Source: a bacterium
GTDB taxonomy: Bacteria > Auribacterota > UBA3054
Assembly: GCA_017650925.1 (NCBI GenBank)
Contig: JAGCDY010000085.1
Coordinates: forward strand, 174-64,173
Direction of reading: 5' to 3'
Length of the DNA stretch: 64,000 nucleotides
Made by a program: the position numbers and the translations under genes. Under the pieces are notes generated by a model that searched no databases, was not told the origin of the DNA, and saw only the letters and a program-made list of their open reading frames with translations. Shown in pieces: positions 54,113 to 62,216 of this stretch; within the stretch, counting starts at the first letter, position 1, and every line of letters begins with the position of its first letter.

Positions 54113-54435
54113 TCCGATTCGATCAAAAGTTTCGCGGCTTCAAAGGCCGGCAGTTTGGTGGCGAGGATGTTTACGCCCTTCGCCTTAGCGTTTTCTATGA
54201 TGTTTTCTTCCAACTGAACGTCTTCCGCCAGGATGATGCAGGCCACGTCGATGAGGGCCGCCACGGCGATGATGTTCTGATTGGACATAATGGTTATCCA
54301 GGCCTGGTCGGCCTTCGCGCGGCCCATCACCCAGGAGAGCAGGTCTCCCACGTAGCCGCCTTTAATTTCCCTTTCCCCGTTGGGAAGAGAGAGGACCGTA
54401 AGGGAGCATTTCTCGGCGAATTCCTTAACTTGCAT
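54109..54435 (-). CDS. DRTGG-domain-like small protein
   Basis: 108 aa with the same fold pattern as 56127..56486 (..ITIMSNQNIIAVAAL..ACIILAE..). Both ends overlap neighbouring genes. Confidence 0.55.
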   Translation of the reverse strand: MQVKEFAEKCSLTVLSLPNGEREIKGGYVGDLLSWVMGRAKADQAWITIMSNQNIIAVAALIDVACIILAEDVQLEENIIENAKAKGVNILATKLPAFEAAKLLIESE

Positions 54436-55705
54436 TGTTTTTCTCCCTCAGGTATTCCTTAACTTCGTCCGCGTGCATCAAGATGCAGTCGTACTTCTGC
54501 GCGTTGCCCTTTATTACGTCCTCCGCGAAGGCGCGGCAGTTGGGCGCGCCGCAGGCTCCGCAATCCACGCCCGGCAGCTCGTCCCGTAATATCCTGATCT
54601 CTTTCAGCATGCGCATGGATTCCGCCATGTTGTCGCTAAGCTGATTCAGAGGCTTATAAGAGCCCATGTCGCTCACGAAATAGCTTTCCGGTATGGGATC
54701 GTTTTCGTCCACGAAATTCTGTGAGACCGGCATGAAGCGCCTAAGCGTCTGCAGTCTCGCCTTGGCGATGAAGGGATCCTGGATCGTCATGGCGCCGCCC
54801 ACGCAGCCGCCCGGGCAGGCGTTCAGCTCCACGAATTCCAGAGCGGGGAAGTCGCCGCCTTCGATGCGGTCAAGCACCCTTATGACGTTGTCGATGCCGT
54901 CCGCCGCAAGATATGCGTCGTTGAAAAGCGCCGTGGCCTCGCCGCCGGAAGCGGCCCAGCCGATGCCGATCATGCCGGATTCGGATAGCGTCTTGGGTCG
55001 GCGGGAATATTTCATTTCATTCAGCAGCAAAAAATAGACGTCCTTGAAGCCCACCACCACGTCCACCTGGCTCTTGTAAGAGGGGAGTCCGTTCTTGACG
55101 TAACTCATCTTGGCGGGGCAGGGGGAAATGAAGCAGACACCGACGTCTTCGCTCTTGAATTCCGGATGGTCTTTCAGAGCCTGCTCCCTGGCCATGGCGG
55201 CCGCCACTTCCATGGGCGGCAGCATGTCGAGGATGTTCTCCTTGAGGCTCGGGAAGCGCAGCGCGATGAGTCTCACGATGGCAGGGCAGGCCGAGCTGAT
55301 GACGGGCCTCGGGCCTTTCCTGAGCTTCAGATACTGCCTCGTCCTGGCCGTCACCAGTTCCGCGCCCCTGGAGACTTCGAAGACGTCGTCGAAACCGATG
55401 TCAAGAAGTCCCTGCAGCACGAAGTCCACGTCCTCGAGATTGTTGAACTGGGCGTAGAGGCTGGGGGCGGGGAGAGCGATCTTCCATTTGAATCTCTGGA
55501 GATCCAGTAGATCGTCGCGCAGGGCCTTCTTGGCCTGGTGCGGACAGATCCTGATGCATTCGCCGCAGTCGATGCAGCGCGCGGCGTCTATGACCGCGTG
55601 CTTATCCCTGATCCTGATAGCCTCGGTAGGGCAGTGGTGAACGCAGGAAGTGCAGCCTTTGCACTTCTCGACGTCCAGGGATACTGAATGCTGGTATTCC
55701 ATCAT
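54425..55705 (-). CDS. [FeFe]-hydrogenase-like protein with degenerate H-cluster motifs (putative sensory HydS-type, no PAS domain)
   Basis: N-terminal 2x[4Fe-4S] (CKGCTSCVHHCP, CIDCGECIRICP). L1-like ISSACPAIV, L2-like ISPCPAKMSYV and L3-like ELNACPGGCVGGAM. Extra C-terminal Cys cluster VDCGACGAPNCRAF. Confidence 0.75.
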   Translation of the reverse strand: MMEYQHSVSLDVEKCKGCTSCVHHCPTEAIRIRDKHAVIDAARCIDCGECIRICPHQAKKALRDDLLDLQRFKWKIALPAPSLYAQFNNLEDVDFVLQGLLDIGFDDVFEVSRGAELVTARTRQYLKLRKGPRPVISSACPAIVRLIALRFPSLKENILDMLPPMEVAAAMAREQALKDHPEFKSEDVGVCFISPCPAKMSYVKNGLPSYKSQVDVVVGFKDVYFLLLNEMKYSRRPKTLSESGMIGIGWAASGGEATALFNDAYLAADGIDNVIRVLDRIEGGDFPALEFVELNACPGGCVGGAMTIQDPFIAKARLQTLRRFMPVSQNFVDENDPIPESYFVSDMGSYKPLNQLSDNMAESMRMLKEIRILRDELPGVDCGACGAPNCRAFAEDVIKGNAQKYDCILMHADEVKEYLREKNNAS

Positions 55706-56130
55706 TTGGGGAGATCGATCCTCATCGTTACGGTGGTGCCTACGCCGACGGTCGACTCGATCTTCATGTCGTCGGTGTAGCGTTTCATATTGGGAAGCCC
55801 CATGCCGGCTCCGAAGCCCAGCTGGCGGATGTTGTCGGGAGCCGTGGAATAGCCTTCCTGCATGGCTTTCGCGATGTCGGGAATGCCCGGACCTTTGTCC
55901 GACAAGGTTATCGTTATGGCTTCCTCCGTTACCTCAACGTCGGCGCAGCCGCCATGCGCGTGGATGACCATGTTGATCTCTCCTTCGTACATGGCGATGG
56001 AAGCTCTCCTGATGATCTCAGGATCGACGCCCAGTTCGCGCATGTTCTTCTTGAAGCGCACGGAGGCCTGGCCGGCCGAGGTGAAGTCCTCGCCGTTCAC
56101 GTCAAAGTGAAGAGTGAGAGCTTCGCTCAT
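55702..56130 (-). CDS. RsbW/SpoIIAB-like anti-sigma-type Ser/Thr kinase (HATPase_c)
   Basis: 142 aa with EGEINMVIHA, DKGPGIPD and GFGAGMGLPNMKRY motifs. Confidence 0.7.
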   Translation of the reverse strand: MSEALTLHFDVNGEDFTSAGQASVRFKKNMRELGVDPEIIRRASIAMYEGEINMVIHAHGGCADVEVTEEAITITLSDKGPGIPDIAKAMQEGYSTAPDNIRQLGFGAGMGLPNMKRYTDDMKIESTVGVGTTVTMRIDLPK

Positions 56131-56486
56131 CTTTTCTTGACTCCCTTGCTGGTCAGTCCGTTGGAGTAGAGGATGCCGCAGGCTTCGTACATGCGCTTGT
56201 CGGTCGCCAGAACGACCAGGCCGTGCTCATGCGCGAGCTTCACCATTTCCGGCGTGGGCTTTTTAGAGCGCACGAAGACGAGGCAGATCATGTCCATCAT
56301 CTCCGCGGTCCTTATGACCTGGGGATTGACGAGGCCCGTCAACAAGACCGACTGGTCTTTCACGTAAGCCAGAACGTCGCTCATCATGTCGCTTCCGCAG
56401 GCACTGTAGACGTCCTTTTCAAGCTCCGCTTCATCGCCGCAAAGAAGTTCGGCGTCCAAGTATTCTTTGACTTCTTTGATCTTCAT
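56127..56486 (-). CDS. DRTGG-domain protein
   Basis: 119 aa. ..SVLLTGLVNPQVIRTAEMMDMICLVFVR..P..MV.LA.EHGLVVLAT.. matches my recollection of the DRTGG pattern. Confidence 0.6.
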   Translation of the reverse strand: MKIKEVKEYLDAELLCGDEAELEKDVYSACGSDMMSDVLAYVKDQSVLLTGLVNPQVIRTAEMMDMICLVFVRSKKPTPEMVKLAHEHGLVVLATDKRMYEACGILYSNGLTSKGVKKR

Positions 56487-56498
56487 AAAAGGAAACGA

Positions 56499-56987
56499 TC
56501 AGTCCTTATACTTGGCAAGGATGCCGGGGATCTGGTCAGGAGTCAGACGGCCGTAGACTTCGCCGTTGATCATCATGACAGGAGCGAGACCGCAGGCGCC
56601 CAGACAGCGGCAGGCTTCCAGGCTGAACTTGCCGTCCGGCGTGCAGCCGCCGCCCTGAAGGCCGAGGGTGTTTTCCAGTTTGGCGTAAACGTCGCCGGAC
56701 CCTTTGACGTAGCAGGCCGTGCCGAGACAGACCGCGATCTGGTATTTGCCCTTGGGCTCGAGCGTGAACATGGCGTAGAAGGTGGAGATGCCGTAAACTT
56801 TCTCCAGGGGAATGTCCATTTCACGGGCGATGATGGTCTGAACTTCGATGGGCAGGTAGCCGTAGATCTCCTGAGCTTTCTGCATGATGGGAATGAGGTT
56901 GCCCTGCACGTCCTTCATCTCTTTGATGTAGGCAATGAGCTGCTCTTCCTGTTCTTTGGTGCCGTTGAAAGGAACCGTTTTTTTCAT
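56499..56987 (-). CDS. hydC: NuoE-like [2Fe-2S] subunit of bifurcating-type hydrogenase (HydC)
   Basis: CLGTACYVKG ... CRCLGACGLAPVMMIN, with SD ggagg 5 nt upstream. It is the first gene of the operon. Confidence 0.9.
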   Translation of the reverse strand: MKKTVPFNGTKEQEEQLIAYIKEMKDVQGNLIPIMQKAQEIYGYLPIEVQTIIAREMDIPLEKVYGISTFYAMFTLEPKGKYQIAVCLGTACYVKGSGDVYAKLENTLGLQGGGCTPDGKFSLEACRCLGACGLAPVMMINGEVYGRLTPDQIPGILAKYKD

Positions 56988-57037
56988 AATACCTCCGTGG
57001 GATTTTAGAAATAAAATAATGTTATTAATTAAGCGAT

Positions 57038-57046
57038 ATTATACCA
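57038..57046 (-). promoter_or_regulatory. Extended -10 element TGGTATAAT (- strand) for the hydrogenase operon
   Basis: The + strand reads attatacca, about 50 nt upstream of the hydC ATG. The leader is AT-rich and ends in ggagg. Confidence 0.55.
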
Positions 57047-57079
57047 TAAAGCCGCCCCCTTTTCCACGCGGCTTTTCGT

Positions 57080-57108
57080 TTGACTTTAAGGGCCTGTTTG
57101 AGTAGAAT
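57080..57108 (+). promoter_or_regulatory. Sigma-70-type promoter for tRNA-His
   Basis: TTGACT (57080-57085), a 17-nt spacer, then TAGAAT (57103-57108). It lies about 20 nt upstream of the tRNA 5' end. Confidence 0.6.
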
Positions 57109-57128
57109 AAGTGAACTTGATTTTTAGT

Positions 57129-57206
57129 GGTGGATGTAGCTCAGTTGGTTAGAGCGTCTGGTTGTGGCCCAGAAGGCCGGGAGTTCAAGTCTCCTCATTC
57201 ACCCCA
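57129..57206 (+). tRNA. tRNA-His (anticodon GUG) with encoded G-1 and CCA
   Basis: Folded by hand: G GTGGATG TA GCTC AGTTGGTTA GAGC G TCTGG TTGTGGC CCAGA AGGCC GGGAG TTCAAGT CTCCT CATTCAC C CCA. G-1 pairs with C73, the hallmark of tRNA-His. Confidence 0.9.
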
Positions 57207-57226
57207 TCTTTTTTAGGGCATAATTT

Positions 57227-58093
57227 ATGATCCTGCTTACCGGAGCAAGCGGCTTTCTAGGCCAGCATATCTATAAAACTTTCCGCCCGGTATTTCCCAT
57301 AACGGGACTTGGTTATTCCGGATCAAACTGCGACCGCAAAATGGATCTTACCGACCTTGAGGCTCTGGAAGCGTTGCTGAACGAGCTCAAACCGGACACC
57401 GTCATCCATTCCGCGGCCATAAGAGACCCCGACGAATGCACAAGAAGGCCGGAAACGGCTAAAATACTGCATGTTGACGCCACCAAGGTCATGGCGGAAT
57501 GGTGTAAAGAAAACGGCAAAAGGCTTGTCTACATCTCGACCGACTACGTTTTTAACGGCAAGAATCCGCCCTATAACGAAAAAGCCGAGCCCGGTCCCGT
57601 CAATCTTTACGGTGAGACGAAGCTTCTTGGCGAAAAGGAAGCCCAAAAATGCCCCGATCATCTGATAGTCAGGATCGCCCTCCAATACGGCACGACCGAC
57701 CGGCCTGAGCTCAGTTTCATCCACAAGGCCATCAAAACGCTCTCTAAAGGCGAAAAGCTCGAGCTCGACAACGTCCAGAAGCGCTTTCCGTCGCTCAGCG
57801 CCGACGTGGCAAAAGCCATTCTGGAGCTGGAAAAACGCCATTACGTAGGCATCATCCATATGAGCAATCCCGTCGGCATCACGCGCTTTCAAATGTTCCG
57901 AGCCATCGCGGCCGCCTTCGGCTTCGATCCCACTCTCGTCGTGGATACCGGTAAACCGCCGCAAATGTCCGCCAACCGTCCGGAGAACTGTACCTTTGAC
58001 CTTACGCTCTACAAAAGCTTAGGCCTTCCGCCGTTCCATTCCTTCGAGGAAGGGCTTTCTATGATCAAAGACGAGGTCAAGGCCTCCTTATGA
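57227..58093 (+). CDS. RmlD-like SDR (dTDP-4-dehydrorhamnose reductase family)
   Basis: ILLTGASGFLG and YISTDYVFNGKNPPYNE...PVNLYGETKLLGE, the RmlD substrate-binding-domain pattern. No other rml genes lie nearby, so the substrate is uncertain. Confidence 0.6.
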   Translation: MILLTGASGFLGQHIYKTFRPVFPITGLGYSGSNCDRKMDLTDLEALEALLNELKPDTVIHSAAIRDPDECTRRPETAKILHVDATKVMAEWCKENGKRLVYISTDYVFNGKNPPYNEKAEPGPVNLYGETKLLGEKEAQKCPDHLIVRIALQYGTTDRPELSFIHKAIKTLSKGEKLELDNVQKRFPSLSADVAKAILELEKRHYVGIIHMSNPVGITRFQMFRAIAAAFGFDPTLVVDTGKPPQMSANRPENCTFDLTLYKSLGLPPFHSFEEGLSMIKDEVKASL

Positions 58094-59370
58094 CGGAACT
58101 GGAAAACTACCTCTGCAGTCTCAAGACCTTCGGCGTGCGCCCCGGCTTCGAGAGCACCGAAAAAGCCATTTCCGCCCTTAAAGCGAAGCATCCCGGCCTT
58201 CCGGAACCGAAATTTCTCCATATCGCGGGTACCAACGGCAAAGGCAGCACCTGCGCCTTCCTTTATTCCATTTTGAGGGAAGCGAATCATAAGGTCGGCC
58301 TCTTCACTTCGCCGCATCTGGTCGAACTCAGAGAAAGGATCCAAATTAATGGAGAAATGATAGGGGAGACGGACTTCGAGAAATTAGCCCTGGAGGTCAA
58401 AGACCTCGGCATCGAGCTGACCTTCTTCGAATACCTGACCGTCATAGCCTGGCTTTATTTCTGCGAAAGGGGAGTCGACTATGTCGTCTGGGAAACGGGC
58501 CTGGGAGGCCGTCTAGACGCCACCAGCGCCATAAGACCCTACGTTACGGCCATAACCGGCATAGGTTTAGAGCACACCCAGTATCTGGGCAATACCATCG
58601 CTGAAATCGCCCGGGAAAAAGCAGGTATTATCAGGCCGAACGTACCTTTATTCCATACGGCCGAAGGCGAGGCCAAGGAAGTTATTGAAAAAGAGGCAGT
58701 TAGCCTTAACGCTCCTTATTATTATGTTAAGTACGATGAGGGTTTGATCCAGCCGGACAAATACTTCGTAAGCCTGCCTGAAATAGGCATTTACAACGCT
58801 CAATTGGGTTTGCTGGGCCACTATCAGTATAAAAACGCGGCCCTGGCCATATCTATAGCTAACTATCTGAATATAGATACTATAAGTATATTGAACGGCG
58901 TAAAACACGCCGTTTGGCCCGGACGATTCCAGATATTGAGGAAAGTTCCGCTGACCATCCTGGACTGCGCCCACAACGCCCACGGCTGGCAGGCTCTGAG
59001 AGAGTCCTTAGAAGAGCTGAGACCAGGGGGAACCTGGCATATCTATTTTGGCATGCTGGCCGAAAAAGACCCCAAATTGGCCTTAAAGATATTGGGACCC
59101 ATAGCCGGGACATATTCCTATATCGAACCCCAAAACGAGCGGAAATTGACCCTCAGGGAATGGCGGCAAAATGCGGCTGAAATTTATCCGAATGATCCGA
59201 GATTTGAGAAAGGATTTTTGTCAGCGAAAGACGCTTTGGATAACATTAAAAATATTTCCGAGGGAAATATTATCATCTGCGGATCATGCTATATGGCCGG
59301 TGAGATCTTGGCCATATTGGAAGGAAAAGTCAGGGACAACTCCAAAGACGACCCGGTGGGGAGGAAATAG
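58090..59370 (+). CDS. folC: Folylpolyglutamate synthase / dihydrofolate synthase
   Basis: HIAGTNGKGST P-loop, TSPHL..RERI, and Mur-ligase middle and C-terminal domains. There is a 4-nt overlap with the upstream gene. Confidence 0.88.
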   Translation: MTELENYLCSLKTFGVRPGFESTEKAISALKAKHPGLPEPKFLHIAGTNGKGSTCAFLYSILREANHKVGLFTSPHLVELRERIQINGEMIGETDFEKLALEVKDLGIELTFFEYLTVIAWLYFCERGVDYVVWETGLGGRLDATSAIRPYVTAITGIGLEHTQYLGNTIAEIAREKAGIIRPNVPLFHTAEGEAKEVIEKEAVSLNAPYYYVKYDEGLIQPDKYFVSLPEIGIYNAQLGLLGHYQYKNAALAISIANYLNIDTISILNGVKHAVWPGRFQILRKVPLTILDCAHNAHGWQALRESLEELRPGGTWHIYFGMLAEKDPKLALKILGPIAGTYSYIEPQNERKLTLREWRQNAAEIYPNDPRFEKGFLSAKDALDNIKNISEGNIIICGSCYMAGEILAILEGKVRDNSKDDPVGRK

Positions 59371-59440
59371 AACTTTCCTTTATTGATGCGGATTTCCGCG
59401 TATTTGAATGTCGCATAATATATCTTATGTTAAGTTGGAT

Positions 59441-59458
59441 ATATCCCGAAAGGGATAT
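59441..59458. terminator. Weak hairpin between convergent folC and rmuC
   Basis: atatccc gaaa gggatat, a 7-bp AT-rich stem with a GAAA loop and only short T stretches after it. Confidence 0.25.
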
Positions 59459-59483
59459 TTGTCAATTAAGGGTCTGAACAACC

Positions 59484-60437
59484 TTACTCTTCCGTTTCGG
59501 CCTTCACGATCTTGTCCAGCTTGGTCTGGAGCCTGGCCAATTCTTCCTGGACTTTTACCTTTTTTTCGTAAGCCAAATCAAAGGAATTGCTGAACGGTCC
59601 CCAGGAGTCTCCGAACACTTTGAAAGCCGTCTTAAGGTCCTTGATCTGTTTACTGATCTCCTGGAGATTTTCGTTGCGTCGGTATTCCCGCCAGAACGAA
59701 CTTATAGTCGCCAATATTGGCTGCAATGTTCCCGGCGAACTCAAAATGACGTCGACGCTCCTGGCGTACTCCGCCAGATCATACATCTCAACGTGTATAT
59801 AGTAAAAGATCCCGTCATTCGGTATGAACATTACGGCATACGGCGAAGTCTCGCCTTCTATGATGTATTTGTTCTTTATGGTCGTGATACGACTCTTTAC
59901 CGCGGCTCTGAAGGCCGTTTTCAAGGAATTTTTCCTTTCTTCAGTAATGTCTTCTTTAAATAGCTCCTGATATTCCGCGAACGGAAATTTCGAGTCTATG
60001 CAAAGCAGTTTTTCCGGTTCCGGCAGGAATATGACAGCGTCCGGCCTGACGCTTTCGCCTTTAATGGCGTATTGCTCGGCGTAAATGCCTTTCGTATTGC
60101 CGAAAGTATTCTCCAGAAGCATTTTAAGCTGCATTTCGCCGTAGCGGCCGCGCGTCTGGTTGCCCCTAAGTACGGTCTTCAGCTCATTTACGGCGCTGCC
60201 GAGATCTTTTACGTTGTTCTGGGCTTCCTCGATCTTGCCGAACCTTTCGCCAACGTAGCTCCTTAAGTCCCCTATGTTTTTGTTGACATTTTCCAGACCA
60301 GAATCTAAAAGCTTCTGATAAAGCTCTTTATCCGTTTGGTCCTGAAGCTTCTTTTCCAATCTTTTGCTGGAAATAATGGCAAAAGCTATAGCCGCCCCGA
60401 TGATCAGGACAAAAAATATAAGGGTGTAGATATCCAT
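59484..60437 (-). CDS. rmuC: DNA recombination protein RmuC
   Basis: N-terminal TM helix and coiled coil. RmuC core: ..RPDAVIFLPE.K.LCIDSKFP...MFIPNDGIFY.. Confidence 0.8.
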   Translation of the reverse strand: MDIYTLIFFVLIIGAAIAFAIISSKRLEKKLQDQTDKELYQKLLDSGLENVNKNIGDLRSYVGERFGKIEEAQNNVKDLGSAVNELKTVLRGNQTRGRYGEMQLKMLLENTFGNTKGIYAEQYAIKGESVRPDAVIFLPEPEKLLCIDSKFPFAEYQELFKEDITEERKNSLKTAFRAAVKSRITTIKNKYIIEGETSPYAVMFIPNDGIFYYIHVEMYDLAEYARSVDVILSSPGTLQPILATISSFWREYRRNENLQEISKQIKDLKTAFKVFGDSWGPFSNSFDLAYEKKVKVQEELARLQTKLDKIVKAETEE

Positions 60438-60444
60438 AAATAGC

Positions 60445-62130
60445 TTAGAACAGTCCGGTTATGACGCTTTCGCGCTTTTCGGGATCGTAGTAGCAGTCGA
60501 TATTCATCGCGGCCGGGACCTTCGGCAGGCCGGGCATGGTCATGATGTCCCCTGTCAGGGCCACTATGAAACCGGCGCCCGCGGAGATCTTGAGCTCCCT
60601 GACGTTCAGCTTGAAGCCGGTCGGTTTGCCGAGCTTCGTGGGATCGTCGGAAAGCGAATACTGCGTCTTGGCCACGCAGACCGGCAGATGGTCGAGCTGC
60701 ATATCCTTGATCTCTTTCAGCATCTTCCTGGCTTTGGCGTCGAAGTTGACGCCGTCGGCGCGGTAGATCTCCCTGGCGATCTTCTCGAGTTTCTCCTCGA
60801 CGGAAAGGTCGAGTTCATAGAGGCAGTGGAAATTGGAGCAGTTCTTATCGAGCTCGCCGAGCACTTTCTGAGCCAGATCTATGCCGCCCTCGCCGCCCTT
60901 GGCGAAGATCTCCGTAAGAGAGACCGGGATCTGCAGTCTCAAGCAGCAGGCTTTCAAAGCTTCGATCTCGGCGTCCGTGTCGGATTCGAAGCGGTTGATG
61001 GCGGCCACCACGGGCAGCCCGAATTTCTTCAAGTTCTCGACGTGCGTCTCGAGGTTGACGAGGCCTTTCTTCAAAGCTTCGACATTCTCCGTTTTCAGTT
61101 CCGTCTTGGGCACGCCGCCGTTGTATTTCAGGGCCCTGATCGTCGCGACCAACACTACGCACTCCGGTTTGAGGCCGGCGTAGCGGCACTTGATGTCGAA
61201 GAATTTCTCGGCGCCGAGGTCACTGCCGAAGCCGGCTTCCGTAACGCAGTAGTCCCCTAGTTTCAGCGCCAACCTGGTCGCTCTCACGCTGTTGCAGCCG
61301 TGCGCGATGTTGGCGAAAGGTCCGCCATGGATAAGAGCGGGCGTTCCTTCCAGCGTCTGGACCATGTTGGGGTTGATGGCGTCTTTAAGCATGGCGGTCA
61401 AAGCGCCGCCGCAGCCGAGTTCCCTGACGTCCACCGGCTGTCCGGAATAAGTGTAGGCCACTATTATGTTGTTCAGTCTTTCCTTGAGGTCGTCGAGGTC
61501 CTTGGCCAAACAGAAAATAGCCATGACTTCGGAAGCGACGGTGATCTGGAAGCCGTCTTCCCTGGGCGTGCCGTTCGGTTTGCCGCCCAGGCCGATGACG
61601 ATCTGACGAAGATTGCGGTCGTTCATGTCAAGGCAGCGCTTGAAAATGATCCTCCTCGGATCGATCTGCAGCTGGTTTCCCTGCTGGATATGATTGTCTA
61701 TTAGAGCGCAGAGAAGGTTGTTGGCCGCGGTGATGGCGTGTATGTCGCCGGTGAAGTGAAGGTTGATATCCTCCATCGGGACGACCTGCGAGTAGCCGCC
61801 GCCCGCAGCGCCGCCCTTGACGCCGAAGACCGGGCCCAAAGAGGGTTCGCGCAGCGCCAGCATGGTCTTTTTGCCGAGCCTGTTCATAGCCTGCGCCAAG
61901 CCGACCGACACGGTGGTCTTGCCTTCCCCAGCGGGAGTCGGGTTGATGGCCGTGACAAGGATGAGCTTGCCGTCTTTTTCATTCGCCAGTCTGGCGAAAA
62001 GGTTCTCGTTCAGTTTGGCTTTATATTTGCCGTAAAGCTCTATTTCGTCCTCCCCTATCCCCCATTCGGCGGCCAGGTCGGATATTTTCTTCATTTTACA
62101 GCTTTGGGCGATCTCAATGTCAGACAGCAT
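60445..62130 (-). CDS. fhs: Formate--tetrahydrofolate ligase
   Basis: MLSDIEIAQ.., TPAGEGKTT and [18 protein letters not shown] motifs. 561 aa. Confidence 0.96.
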   Translation of the reverse strand: MLSDIEIAQSCKMKKISDLAAEWGIGEDEIELYGKYKAKLNENLFARLANEKDGKLILVTAINPTPAGEGKTTVSVGLAQAMNRLGKKTMLALREPSLGPVFGVKGGAAGGGYSQVVPMEDINLHFTGDIHAITAANNLLCALIDNHIQQGNQLQIDPRRIIFKRCLDMNDRNLRQIVIGLGGKPNGTPREDGFQITVASEVMAIFCLAKDLDDLKERLNNIIVAYTYSGQPVDVRELGCGGALTAMLKDAINPNMVQTLEGTPALIHGGPFANIAHGCNSVRATRLALKLGDYCVTEAGFGSDLGAEKFFDIKCRYAGLKPECVVLVATIRALKYNGGVPKTELKTENVEALKKGLVNLETHVENLKKFGLPVVAAINRFESDTDAEIEALKACCLRLQIPVSLTEIFAKGGEGGIDLAQKVLGELDKNCSNFHCLYELDLSVEEKLEKIAREIYRADGVNFDAKARKMLKEIKDMQLDHLPVCVAKTQYSLSDDPTKLGKPTGFKLNVRELKISAGAGFIVALTGDIMTMPGLPKVPAAMNIDCYYDPEKRESVITGLF

Positions 62131-62160
62131 AGTTTAACTCCTTGTTATTAATTTACGTGA

Positions 62161-62190
62161 ATTGTAGCAAAACTGGCAGGCTTTTTTCAA
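62161..62190 (-). promoter_or_regulatory. Sigma-70-type promoter for fhs
   Basis: On the - strand: TTGAAA (62190-62185), an 18-nt spacer, then TACAAT (62166-62161). SD aaggag lies before the ATG. Confidence 0.5.
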
Positions 62191-62216
62191 TCTCGGATTA
62201 TGGTAAGATAATAGGC

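Noticed and set aside
57048-57075. A hairpin (aaagccgc, 12-nt loop, gcggcttt) between the hydrogenase promoter and the tRNA-His promoter, considered as a terminator or riboswitch.
   Set aside because: No gene reads into it from either side, the loop is large and the T-run is poor. It may be an insulator or a protein-binding site, but the sequence does not decide this.
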